Positions 38,042 to 47,254 of a stretch of 64,000 bases of DNA are shown here, piece after piece. Within the stretch, counting starts at the first letter, position 1; each line of letters starts with the position of its first letter. The position numbers and the translations under genes are program-made. Origin of the DNA: Candidatus Woesearchaeota archaeon (GTDB taxonomy: Archaea > Nanobdellota > Nanobdellia > SCGC-AAA011-G17 > JACPNG01); NCBI GenBank assembly GCA_016185605.1, contig JACPNG010000025.1:1954-65953 (forward strand), read 5' to 3'. The notes under the pieces were generated by a model, which was given only the letters and a program-made list of their open reading frames with translations, had not been told where the DNA came from and did no database searches.

Positions 38042-39324
38042 AGCAAAAAGTAAAGAGGTATAAGCTAAAAAGAGAGTTAAATTTATTTACAACTACCTTA
38101 TATGGGGTTGGAATTATTCTAGGAGCAGGAATTTACGCTTTAATCGGGGTTGCTGCAGGAATAGCTGGAAATATGCTATGGCTGGCTTTTTTGTTATCAG
38201 CTATTTTGGCATTTTTTACAGGATTAAGCTATGCTGAATTAGCTAGCAGCTATCCAAAAGAAGCAGCTGAGTATAACTATACAAAAAAGGCATTTAACAA
38301 TAAGAATTTGTCATTTATAGTAGGCTGGCTATTGATAATGGCCACTATATTGGCTTCTGCTACTGTAGCTCTGGGATTTTCAGGATATCTTAGCAATTTA
38401 ATTGGGGGAAATATAATAATAATAGCAATTATTCTTATTGTATTATTATCACTATTAAACTATCATGGGATAAAAGAGTCAGCTACCTTTAATGTTGTTG
38501 GATCTGTAATAGAGGCAGCTGGATTGGTATTTGTGGCATTGATTGGATTATATCTTTTTTCAGATTTTAGCAATGTTAATTTTTTTGAGCTTCCTAAAAC
38601 AGGATTTACTGGAATTCTAAGCGCAGTTGCTTTGATATTCTTTGCTTATCTTGGGTTTGAAGACATAGCTAATGTAAGCGAAGAAGTAAAAAATGCTCGT
38701 AAGATTGTTCCAAAAGCATTAGTGTTTGCATTAATTATCTCAACAATATTATACATGTTGGTTTCTATCTCATCTATAGGAGTACTAGGATGGGAGGCAT
38801 TATCAGCCTCTAAAGCTCCTTTGGCAGATGTTGTGGGAAAAGCAATTCCAAACGCATCTATTCTTATGTCAATTATAGCTTTATTTGCCACCTCAAACAC
38901 AGTATTAATATTATTGATAGTAGGCTCAAGAATATTATACGGGATTTCTTCCCAGGGGGATCTTCCCAAGTTCTGTTCGGTCATTGGAAAAAGAGGCACT
39001 CCATATTATTCTGTATTCATAATAATGGCATTAGTCTCATTAGCCATTCTTATTGGAAATATTGGAAGAATAGCTATGCTAACTGATTTATCTATATTCA
39101 TGGCATTCTTCTTTGTAAACGCCTCACTGATAAAGCTAAGATATTCAAAAGGATATAAGCCTAAATTTAAATCTCCAAGCATAGGAAATTTCCCAATATT
39201 GGCTGTTCTAGGAGCATTAAGCTCATTATATATGCTATTCCATTTTAATAAAGAAGAATGGCTGATGGAATTGGGATTTGTTATTGTGGGATTAATTGTA
39301 TTTTATTTGTTTAAGAAAAAATAA
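38038..39324 (+). CDS. amino acid permease (APC superfamily)
   Basis: 12 predicted TM helices; N-terminal LFTTTLYGVGIILGAGIYALIGVAAG consensus. Confidence 0.85.
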   Translation: MKQKVKRYKLKRELNLFTTTLYGVGIILGAGIYALIGVAAGIAGNMLWLAFLLSAILAFFTGLSYAELASSYPKEAAEYNYTKKAFNNKNLSFIVGWLLIMATILASATVALGFSGYLSNLIGGNIIIIAIILIVLLSLLNYHGIKESATFNVVGSVIEAAGLVFVALIGLYLFSDFSNVNFFELPKTGFTGILSAVALIFFAYLGFEDIANVSEEVKNARKIVPKALVFALIISTILYMLVSISSIGVLGWEALSASKAPLADVVGKAIPNASILMSIIALFATSNTVLILLIVGSRILYGISSQGDLPKFCSVIGKRGTPYYSVFIIMALVSLAILIGNIGRIAMLTDLSIFMAFFFVNASLIKLRYSKGYKPKFKSPSIGNFPILAVLGALSSLYMLFHFNKEEWLMELGFVIVGLIVFYLFKKK

Positions 39325-39678
39325 TTATTTAGGACATTTACTATCTGGAACCCCTTTAACACCAACAATATTTTCATAGACAGAAAAAGCTGGAATTCTC
39401 CATCCATATTTATCTATTTCAACACATTTTCCTTTAAGTTTCATTAATTCTGCCTGAAGATTAGATGTTCTAAACTTTAATCTGTACCAAGCATCTGTAT
39501 TTTCAAAAACTTCTGCATCAGTAAAAACTAAATATTTATCATAATCATCATATCTTTTAACTTGTGTTTCAATAACCCTTGTTACAACACTATCAGGAAT
39601 AAAATAACTATTCCCCAATGCAAGAAAACCTAAACCAACTCCGATTCCAACAATTTTTTGTAATAACGTCATTTTCAT
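39325..39678 (-). CDS. membrane-anchored hypothetical protein
   Basis: Signal/anchor MKMTLLQKIVGIGVGLGFLALGNS; ORF-track TTG start at 39702 is probably too far upstream. Confidence 0.4.
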   Translation of the reverse strand: MKMTLLQKIVGIGVGLGFLALGNSYFIPDSVVTRVIETQVKRYDDYDKYLVFTDAEVFENTDAWYRLKFRTSNLQAELMKLKGKCVEIDKYGWRIPAFSVYENIVGVKGVPDSKCPK

Positions 39679-39927
39679 TTCTTGATTATCAAACCCTGGC
39701 AAGTGCTTTTTGGCACGAGTAGCACCATAGGCACTTGCTGGGGAAAAAAGAGGTGATATATTCTGGATATAATACCCATTTATATACTTTTCGGTGTGTT
39801 CTATCTTTAAAGTAGTGACATAATATCACTTATATATAGCACAACTATTGGTTGTTATACTATATTTTATGATTGGGATTTTAGAGATATAAAATATATA
39901 TAAATGATTTAAGATTATACAAACAAA

Positions 39928-40524
39928 GTGAAAAAAGGATTGACTCTTGCAGGAATTGTATTATCTCTGTCTGTTTCTCTTATACCTGTTAAAATGGCTA
40001 TATCACAAAATTATAATTTTACAAATAATGGAGAAGTCTATGTAAATCATCCATTAAATATTAAATGGGGGGTAGGAAGTGATAGAAATCAGAGCCCTTA
40101 CAAAGCAGTAGGGCTGCCTAAGAAAGATGTAAGTGAATCATTCAATTTAGGTTATGGTGGGGAAGCAATAGTTGGATATATATTTTCTAATAAAAATCCT
40201 ACTAAAGAAGCAAGATGTTTTTTCAATAAGGAAGGATGGGATATTGGAGTTCATGAAGGCATAAGCGGTAATAGAATAGAGGACATTTTTGTATATGTTA
40301 CAGAAGATATGGTTGTAGATAAAAATACAAAATGGATCAAACTTGGCAGATTTAATGTAGTAGGAACAGAAGATAATCTAATTCGTATAAATTTGCCTAA
40401 AGAAGTAAATAAAGGGCATTGGGTTAAAATCAAAGATTCCGCAGATATATATTCACCAGTGCCTGGATTTGATTTGTCTACAGTCGTATACAGATATCCA
40501 TGTCCTAACAAACCGCTTAATTAA
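39928..40524 (+). CDS. secreted hypothetical protein
   Basis: Signal peptide MKKGLTLAGIVLSLSVSLIPVKMA; 198 aa. Confidence 0.45.
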   Translation: MKKGLTLAGIVLSLSVSLIPVKMAISQNYNFTNNGEVYVNHPLNIKWGVGSDRNQSPYKAVGLPKKDVSESFNLGYGGEAIVGYIFSNKNPTKEARCFFNKEGWDIGVHEGISGNRIEDIFVYVTEDMVVDKNTKWIKLGRFNVVGTEDNLIRINLPKEVNKGHWVKIKDSADIYSPVPGFDLSTVVYRYPCPNKPLN

Positions 40525-40558
40525 TAATCTTTATATATCCTCAGAATAATAGCAAAAT

Positions 40559-41269
40559 ATGCAGGATCAGCTTCTAGACATGCTAATGAAAGAGGATGAA
40601 ATAACATGGCAGACTATTATTTATGACTTAATAAAGTCTGAAAAGATGAATCCCTGGGACATTGACATCAGCATATTGACAAAAAAATATCTTGAGACCA
40701 TAAGAAAGCTGCAAGAATTAAATTTCTTCATCTCTGGAAAAGTCATATTGGCTTCTGCGTTATTACTAAGGATAAAATCCCATAAATTATTGACAGAAGA
40801 TATTCTTGCTTTAGACGCTTTATTATATCCAAATAACAATGAATATGAAGAATTGGAAGATTATAATTACAAGACTGGAAAAAATATAGATATTCCGCTT
40901 TTAGCTATTAAATCTCCCCAGGCAAGAAAAAGAAAGATATCTGTAAACGACCTTATACAGGCACTGCAGAAAGCCCTGGAAGTAAATAAAAGAAAAATCC
41001 TAAGAAGAGCAGAATACCAAAATATAAACATAAAAATACCTGAGAGAAAAATAGACATAACTCTGCTTATCAAAGGGATATATGAGAGAATTCTTGGATT
41101 CTTCAAAGTAAAAGACAATATAATGTTTGAGGAGTTAATCTCTGGCAATAAAAGGGAGGATAAAATCTTAGCGTTAATGCCCTTATTATACTTAGACTAC
41201 CAAAATAAGATTGTAATAGACCAAAAAGAACCATTTGGAAAAATTGAAATAATAAAATTCAAGGAATAG
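40559..41269 (+). CDS. scpA: segregation and condensation protein A (ScpA kleisin)
   Basis: N-terminal EDEITWQTIIYDLIKSEKMNPWDIDISILTKKYLETIRKLQELNFFISGKVILASALLLRIKS fits ScpA. Confidence 0.65.
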   Translation: MQDQLLDMLMKEDEITWQTIIYDLIKSEKMNPWDIDISILTKKYLETIRKLQELNFFISGKVILASALLLRIKSHKLLTEDILALDALLYPNNNEYEELEDYNYKTGKNIDIPLLAIKSPQARKRKISVNDLIQALQKALEVNKRKILRRAEYQNINIKIPERKIDITLLIKGIYERILGFFKVKDNIMFEELISGNKREDKILALMPLLYLDYQNKIVIDQKEPFGKIEIIKFKE

Positions 41270-41504
41270 ATTTAGCCTTATTCAAAAATCTTGACAAATC
41301 TAAGATGGGATCATCAATTCCCCCAATTATCTTTTCTCCCCAAGCTATTGCTCTTTCTAAATCTTTTCTACATTCAGGATCCCTAATTAAATTTAAAGCT
41401 TCTTTAGCACCTTCAACATAGATTCTTCTAAGTCCAATACCACAAGGGTGAGATATATGGTGTGTATAAAACTCTACAGTATACCTTTCATTAAAATTTC
41501 CCAT
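41259..41504 (-). CDS. hypothetical protein
   Basis: 81-aa ORF. Confidence 0.3.
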   Translation of the reverse strand: MGNFNERYTVEFYTHHISHPCGIGLRRIYVEGAKEALNLIRDPECRKDLERAIAWGEKIIGGIDDPILDLSRFLNKAKSIP

Positions 41505-41576
41505 AATAATATTAAGAAATATTCAGTTTTTAAAACTTTACATTACCTATTTAAATAAAAGAATGATAAAACCGCC

Positions 41577-42404
41577 ATGAAAGAGTTATTGTTCGGAACA
41601 GCTGGCAAGCCAATATCAACAAAGGGCGACACAATACAGGGAATAAAAAGAGTAAGAAGCCTTGGATTAGACTGCATGGAATTAGAATTTGTCCATTCAA
41701 TAAATATAGCAAAGGAAAAATCCCCTGAAATTAATAAAACAATAAAGGAAAATAATATTATATTAACATGCCACGCCCCATTCTATATTAATCTTAATTC
41801 AGCAGATAAGAAAAAGTTTCATGCCAGTATAAATTATATTGTAAATTCAGCTAAAATAACCTCATTATGCGGCGGCTGGAGCGTTTGTTTTCATGCTGGC
41901 TATTACCAAAAAGATTCCAAGGAAAAGACCTATGAGAAAATAAAAGAGGGGGTAAAAAAAATACTGGAAGAAGTTAAAATATTTGACAGGAAAATCTGGA
42001 TAAGGCCAGAAATATCTGGAAAAATATCACAATTTGGAGATCTAAAAGAGTTAATTAAACTATCACAGGAATTAGAGCAGGTAATGCCTTGTGTTGATTT
42101 CTCACATTTGTATGCAAGAACAAATGGAAATTATAACACAAAAAATGAATTCAAGTTAATATTAGAAGAGATTGAGAAAGGATTGGGAAAAGAGGCATTG
42201 AATAATATGCATATCCATATTTCAGGAATAGAATACGGAGAAAAAGGAGAAAAAAACCACTTAATATTGAAAGAATCTGGATTAAACTATAAAGACTTAA
42301 TAAGAGTGTTAAAAGAGTTTAAGATTAATGGAGTAGTAATATGCGAAAGCCCGAATATTGAGGAAGATGCTATGTTAATGCAGGAAATTTATAGAAAAAG
42401 TTAA
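41577..42404 (+). CDS. xylose-isomerase-like TIM-barrel protein (endonuclease IV-like family)
   Basis: 275 aa with His/Glu/Asp-containing strands (CHAPFYINLNS, SVCFHAGYY, ICESPN). Confidence 0.45.
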   Translation: MKELLFGTAGKPISTKGDTIQGIKRVRSLGLDCMELEFVHSINIAKEKSPEINKTIKENNIILTCHAPFYINLNSADKKKFHASINYIVNSAKITSLCGGWSVCFHAGYYQKDSKEKTYEKIKEGVKKILEEVKIFDRKIWIRPEISGKISQFGDLKELIKLSQELEQVMPCVDFSHLYARTNGNYNTKNEFKLILEEIEKGLGKEALNNMHIHISGIEYGEKGEKNHLILKESGLNYKDLIRVLKEFKINGVVICESPNIEEDAMLMQEIYRKS

Positions 42405-42454
42405 TAAAAATTTACCAAAAAATTTAAATAGTAGTAAAGTATCTAAGTAGTTAA

Positions 42455-42739
42455 GTGGTCAATATGGATGTGACAAGAAAAATACCCAGAGAAGACATTA
42501 AATTATTGGATGAATTACAGTCCGGATTGAAAAAAAGAGATATTAGGATATCACAGAAAGAACTTATTGATAAGGCTATAAAGTTCAGTCTAAAGGAAAA
42601 TAAAGAGGATTTTATTAAAATGCTGAAAACTAAAACATTGCATAGAGATATGTCTGAGAAAATATTATGGAGCAGGCTCTTAAACTACAAGGCAAGAATA
42701 AAAGGGGATTTTATTAAAGAGCATGACAGCATTTTATAA
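42455..42739 (+). CDS. putative antitoxin of VapBC pair
   Basis: 94-aa ORF overlapping the downstream PIN gene by 17 nt. Confidence 0.45.
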   Translation: MVNMDVTRKIPREDIKLLDELQSGLKKRDIRISQKELIDKAIKFSLKENKEDFIKMLKTKTLHRDMSEKILWSRLLNYKARIKGDFIKEHDSIL

Positions 42740-43148
42740 AGAGGTTGTAATAGACAGCCTTGTGTGGATAGGTGCTTTTAGCGAAAGAGATCAATACAGA
42801 AAAGCAAGCAAAGCCATATTTGACTCTTTCCTTAAAGGAGATATCAGCAAAGTTTATATCAATGATTATATATTACTAGAAACTGTTAATTTTTTGTTAA
42901 GAAAGGAAAGTTTTGATTCAGCCTTATTAGTATCTGACCTTTTATTGGCATCAAGAAACATAGAACTTGTTTATATTGACGAGATAATGCTAAAGGATGC
43001 TAAAAACTTATTTCAAAAATATAAAAATTTTTCACTGACTGACTGCTCTATTATTGCACTGATGAAAGAAAAAGGAATTAAACACCTGTTTAGTTTTGAT
43101 TCTGGTTTTGATAAAGTAAAGGGAATTATAAGAAAAGAAGAGATTTAG
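42723..43148 (+). CDS. vapC: PIN-domain toxin VapC
   Basis: VVIDSLVWIGAFSERDQ ... FSLTDCSIIALMKEKGIKHLFSFDSGFDKV. Confidence 0.7.
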   Translation: MTAFYKEVVIDSLVWIGAFSERDQYRKASKAIFDSFLKGDISKVYINDYILLETVNFLLRKESFDSALLVSDLLLASRNIELVYIDEIMLKDAKNLFQKYKNFSLTDCSIIALMKEKGIKHLFSFDSGFDKVKGIIRKEEI

Positions 43149-43205
43149 TTGAATATTTTAATTATAAAACAACAAATTTAAAAATAAAGGGTTAATTATG
43201 TTAAG

Positions 43206-44150
43206 ATGGCCAAAGATATCAATGATGTTATTATAATTGGAGGGGGGATAGCTGCCCATACTGCTGCTTTATATTCAGCTAGAGCAAGTTTTAATCCATT
43301 AGTTATTTCTGCTATAGAACCAGATCAATTAAGTTTGACAACTGAAGTAGAAAATTATCCTGGATTTCCCAAAGGCATACTTGGACCAGAACTAGTTAAA
43401 AACGCCAAAGAACAAGCTAAAAGATTCGGAGCCAAATACATTGAAGGATATGTTGATTCTTTTAAGAAATCTAAAGATTACTTTGAGGTTGGAGCAGAAA
43501 AGAAAAAATTCAAAGCAAGAGCAGTAATAATAGCAACTGGAGCTTCTGCTAGAAGATTAAATATTCCTGGAGAAGATAAATATTTTGGTCGTGGCGTTTC
43601 GACGTGTGCTATTTGCGATGCAGCCCTAATGAGGGGAAAAGAAGTTATAGTTATTGGGGGTGGAGATTCTGCTATGGAAGAGACTTTAGCATTGTATAAA
43701 TTTGCTAATAAAGTCACAATAATACATAGAGGAGATACATTCAAAGCAAGTAAAATAATGCAGGACAGAGTATTAAAATTAAAAGATAAAGTTAATATTA
43801 TATTAGATAGTATTGTAACAGAAGTTCTAGGAGAGCAATTTGTTACAGGAGTTAAAGTAAAAAACATTAAAACAAACAAAGAATCAGTAATAAAATGCAA
43901 TGGAATGTTCCTAGCTATAGGACATATTCCAAATACAAAAATGTTTGAAAAAGTGATAAAATTAGATAAGATAGGATATATTATTACAGATAAAAGATCT
44001 AGGACAAATTTAGATGGGGTTTATGCTGCCGGAGACTGCCAAGATCCAATATTCAGGCAGGCTGTTACTTCAGCTGGAACAGGATGTCAAGCAGCAATAG
44101 AAGCTGAACGTTATATAGAGCATTTAAAGGCTACTGGAAAATATAAATAG
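43206..44150 (+). CDS. trxB: thioredoxin reductase
   Basis: FAD motif VIIIGGGIAAHTAA, redox CAICDA, NADPH motif VIVIGGGDSAME. Confidence 0.85.
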   Translation: MAKDINDVIIIGGGIAAHTAALYSARASFNPLVISAIEPDQLSLTTEVENYPGFPKGILGPELVKNAKEQAKRFGAKYIEGYVDSFKKSKDYFEVGAEKKKFKARAVIIATGASARRLNIPGEDKYFGRGVSTCAICDAALMRGKEVIVIGGGDSAMEETLALYKFANKVTIIHRGDTFKASKIMQDRVLKLKDKVNIILDSIVTEVLGEQFVTGVKVKNIKTNKESVIKCNGMFLAIGHIPNTKMFEKVIKLDKIGYIITDKRSRTNLDGVYAAGDCQDPIFRQAVTSAGTGCQAAIEAERYIEHLKATGKYK

Positions 44151-44357
44151 ATACTATTTTTTTAGTTCTATAACTTTAAAATTATAAATTATTTTATAAC
44201 TCAAAGTCTTTTTTATGAACAATTAGTTCTTTCATATAACATATGTTATAAATTAAAACTATTCAACTCCCGTTTATATAACTATTTCTTAGTGATAACA
44301 AATAGAAAAGCTTATAAATGATTAATTCTGAATATTTATATAGATTAAGAGATAAAA

Positions 44358-45092
44358 ATGTTCAAAAAGACATATCAAAAGGCATTAGCAAGTATAATGA
44401 CTGGATTAACAGCAGGAAGTTTAGCTTTAGCAAAGCCTAATTTTGTTAATGCTCAGGAAAAACCAAATAAATTAGAGAATGTTCTGAAAAATGTACATGC
44501 ATCACCATTTCTAAACTTTGATAGTAAATATACTTCTGCATCAGGTAAAATATTATTAGACAATCCAATAACAGTGCCTGGTGTGAATATTAAGGCTGGA
44601 GATCTTAGTGCATTAATCTTGGGGGTATATGATACTAAAAATAAAGAGTTTGTAGAAGGGGATTATATTTTTGGATTTGGAAGAGAAATTAAAGATTTTG
44701 GAAGAGCAGAGATAGGATATGGATATTATAGCTTGCCAAGTTCACAAGATACTCATGAATTAATTGCTAAATTAGGATTAAAATTACCTCTTAATCCTGA
44801 ATTAAGAGTTTATCGCGATCTTCACCTGACTAGGGGACTATTTGCATCATTAAATATAGGGCAAGAAGTAAAATTAGGAGATATACCTTTAGTTTTAGGT
44901 GGCAGTCTTGGTTATAACAGAAATTATACTGTAGATGGATCTGGATTTAGTAATGCTAGTGGTTATATAGGAATTCCTTTTAAACCAGCTAAAGGTGTTA
45001 ATTTTACTGTTACACCAAACCTGACGATAAATAAAGCTTTAGGTAAAAAGTTTGATGATTTTATTAGGCTCGGAGTAGAATTTAGATTTTAA
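44358..45092 (+). CDS. secreted beta-rich protein with outer-membrane-protein-like C-terminal signature
   Basis: Signal peptide (LTAGSLALAKPNFVNA), alternating hydrophobic dyads (GLFASLNIGQEV, VLGGSLGYN, NFTVTPNLTIN), ends ...IRLGVEFRF. Confidence 0.45.
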   Translation: MFKKTYQKALASIMTGLTAGSLALAKPNFVNAQEKPNKLENVLKNVHASPFLNFDSKYTSASGKILLDNPITVPGVNIKAGDLSALILGVYDTKNKEFVEGDYIFGFGREIKDFGRAEIGYGYYSLPSSQDTHELIAKLGLKLPLNPELRVYRDLHLTRGLFASLNIGQEVKLGDIPLVLGGSLGYNRNYTVDGSGFSNASGYIGIPFKPAKGVNFTVTPNLTINKALGKKFDDFIRLGVEFRF

Positions 45093-45107
45093 TTTTTAAG
45101 AGATAAA

Positions 45108-45452
45108 ATGGAAGAAAGTATAGATCCAAAAAACATAAGAGAAATTGAATTACTTGAAGAACTTTTAAATTATTATGTGGACTTTCCAAGTACTGAAGCC
45201 AGCCATATTACTGGATTAGAAAATATTTTTAGAGATGCTAAAATACTTGGTTATTTTCCTACTAGATTATTAACACTAACTATCCATGGATTAGATAAAA
45301 AAGTTTATGAAAATCAACCAGTAGTATTTTGTGATGGTGCTAAAGATGAAGCTGTAATTTGGGGAGTACCAAAACAGAAAGTACCAGGACAAGATGAAGG
45401 TCATCCTGATTTTAGATTATTTACTTATAAGATAATTCGTGAGGGAGAATAA
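45108..45452 (+). CDS. hypothetical protein (gene 1 of a three-gene cassette)
   Basis: 114 aa; overlaps gene 2 by 14 nt. Confidence 0.4.
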   Translation: MEESIDPKNIREIELLEELLNYYVDFPSTEASHITGLENIFRDAKILGYFPTRLLTLTIHGLDKKVYENQPVVFCDGAKDEAVIWGVPKQKVPGQDEGHPDFRLFTYKIIREGE

Positions 45453-45789
45453 AATGACAGATGAACAATTAGCTAAAAAATTAGGAAGAGAAACTTTGAT
45501 TAGACAAGGTTTGGAAACTATGGATGGCATTGCTACATCAATAACTAAAGGACAAAGATTTCCTGTTCTTTATTTAGGATTAAATTTATTCTTAGCAAGG
45601 GAAGATGTCCCATGTAATTATTGTAGAAAAAAAGTTGAAGGTGATTGTGTAACTGTTGGAAGCAGAGATGACGGAAGAGTCGTTGAATTTTATCATTGGG
45701 AACATATTTTTGCAGCAAATGCAATAACAAGAATGGGAGAAATTATTTACGTTGATAGTATTAAAGCAGGAGAAATAGCAAAAGCATAA
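45439..45789 (+). CDS. hypothetical protein (gene 2 of cassette)
   Basis: 116 aa; CNYC...C Cys triad. Confidence 0.4.
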   Translation: MRENKMTDEQLAKKLGRETLIRQGLETMDGIATSITKGQRFPVLYLGLNLFLAREDVPCNYCRKKVEGDCVTVGSRDDGRVVEFYHWEHIFAANAITRMGEIIYVDSIKAGEIAKA

Positions 45790-45800
45790 AGAGGAGTAAA

Positions 45801-46022
45801 ATGTCATTAGAATTAGGAGTAGAATTAGAAAAACAAGGATTTGTATTTGTTACTAATATTAATGCTAAAGGAGTAAATATCGGCTCTGGTAGAAAAATGA
45901 GTGTAGAAAAATATGTATCTCTTTTAGAAAAAGTTTTTCCAGAAGTTGTAACTATAGGATTTTTTGGTCCCATTTATGATACTGGTCCAAAAAAATACCA
46001 GATTGTTTTGAGATTTATGTGA
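45801..46022 (+). CDS. hypothetical protein (gene 3 of cassette)
   Basis: 73 aa; 11-nt gap from gene 2. Confidence 0.4.
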   Translation: MSLELGVELEKQGFVFVTNINAKGVNIGSGRKMSVEKYVSLLEKVFPEVVTIGFFGPIYDTGPKKYQIVLRFM

Positions 46023-46123
46023 AAAGACCATAATAATTAATCTTCATTTAAGTCCATAATTAACCATTAAATTATTAATTAAATTCCTTTAAATAATCAA
46101 CATCTTTAAAAATTAACAATTCT

Positions 46124-47254
46124 TTGATAAGTAAAATGGTGGAATTTGACGAGTTTGGACCAGAAAAGATTTTAGAAGTTTATGATCCTAAAACCAAAAT
46201 GCATGGTTTTGTAGTAGTTGACTCTACTGTGCTTGGGCCTGGAAAAGGGGGAATAAGGATGACTTCTTCTGTTACAATAGATGAAGTTGCAAAGCTAGCA
46301 AGAGTAATGACATATAAATGTAGTTTAGCAGGACTTCCATTTGGAGGAGGTAAATCTGGTATAGTAGCTCCAAAGAACATGACTAAGGAACAAAAGCATG
46401 AGATAATAAGGGCATTCTCAAAAGCAATAAAGCCAATATGTCCAAGTAAATATATAGCGGCCCCTGACATTAATACAGCAGAAGAGGAGATGAGAATATT
46501 TGCATTAGCTAATGGCTCTATGAGATCCTGCACAGGAAAGCCATCTAATATGTGTGTAAAGCCAGGAGAGAAATGCGGTATTCCCCATGAGTATGGCTCA
46601 ACTGGATTTGGGGTTTATCATGCTACTTTAGTTGCTGTTAATTATTTAGGATGGAAAAATCCAAAAGAAATAAGAATAGCTATAGAAGGATTTGGAAATG
46701 TAGGAACCTTTGCTGCCAAATATCTAACAGAAAAAGGATTTAAGTTTGTTGCTACCTCAGATTCAAAAGGATTAATCTACAATAAAAATGGCTTGGACTA
46801 TAGTAAATTAATGAAAGTAAAAAAAGAAAAGGGAACTGTCACTAAATATGCTCCTGGAAAAGTAATGAAGAGTGAAAATATTGTTGGCTTGGATGTTGAT
46901 ATTCTAATAACAGCTGCAATTCCAAACTTAGTTAATAAAAACAATTACAATAAAATCAAGGCAAAATTGATTGTAGAAGGAAGTAATATTCCTATGACCC
47001 ATGATATAGAAAATAAACTACATAAAAAAGGAATTTTAGTCATTCCAGATTTTGTTGCTAATGCTGGAGGAGTAATAAGCTCTTATGCAGAATACAAAGG
47101 ATATAATCCCAAGCATATGTTTACTCTAGTAGAAAAAAAGATTGTAAAGAATACCAAACTAGTTTTAAAAGAGGCAGAAAAGAAAAAACACTCTAAATTA
47201 AGGGATGTTGCAATGGAGATTGCTATTTCCAGAATAAGAAAGAAGAAAAAATAA
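46124..47254 (+). CDS. Glu/Leu/Phe/Val-family amino-acid dehydrogenase (glutamate dehydrogenase-like)
   Basis: Catalytic Lys loop LAGLPFGGGKSGI and Rossmann GFGNVG; short (376 aa). Confidence 0.8.
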   Translation: MISKMVEFDEFGPEKILEVYDPKTKMHGFVVVDSTVLGPGKGGIRMTSSVTIDEVAKLARVMTYKCSLAGLPFGGGKSGIVAPKNMTKEQKHEIIRAFSKAIKPICPSKYIAAPDINTAEEEMRIFALANGSMRSCTGKPSNMCVKPGEKCGIPHEYGSTGFGVYHATLVAVNYLGWKNPKEIRIAIEGFGNVGTFAAKYLTEKGFKFVATSDSKGLIYNKNGLDYSKLMKVKKEKGTVTKYAPGKVMKSENIVGLDVDILITAAIPNLVNKNNYNKIKAKLIVEGSNIPMTHDIENKLHKKGILVIPDFVANAGGVISSYAEYKGYNPKHMFTLVEKKIVKNTKLVLKEAEKKKHSKLRDVAMEIAISRIRKKKK

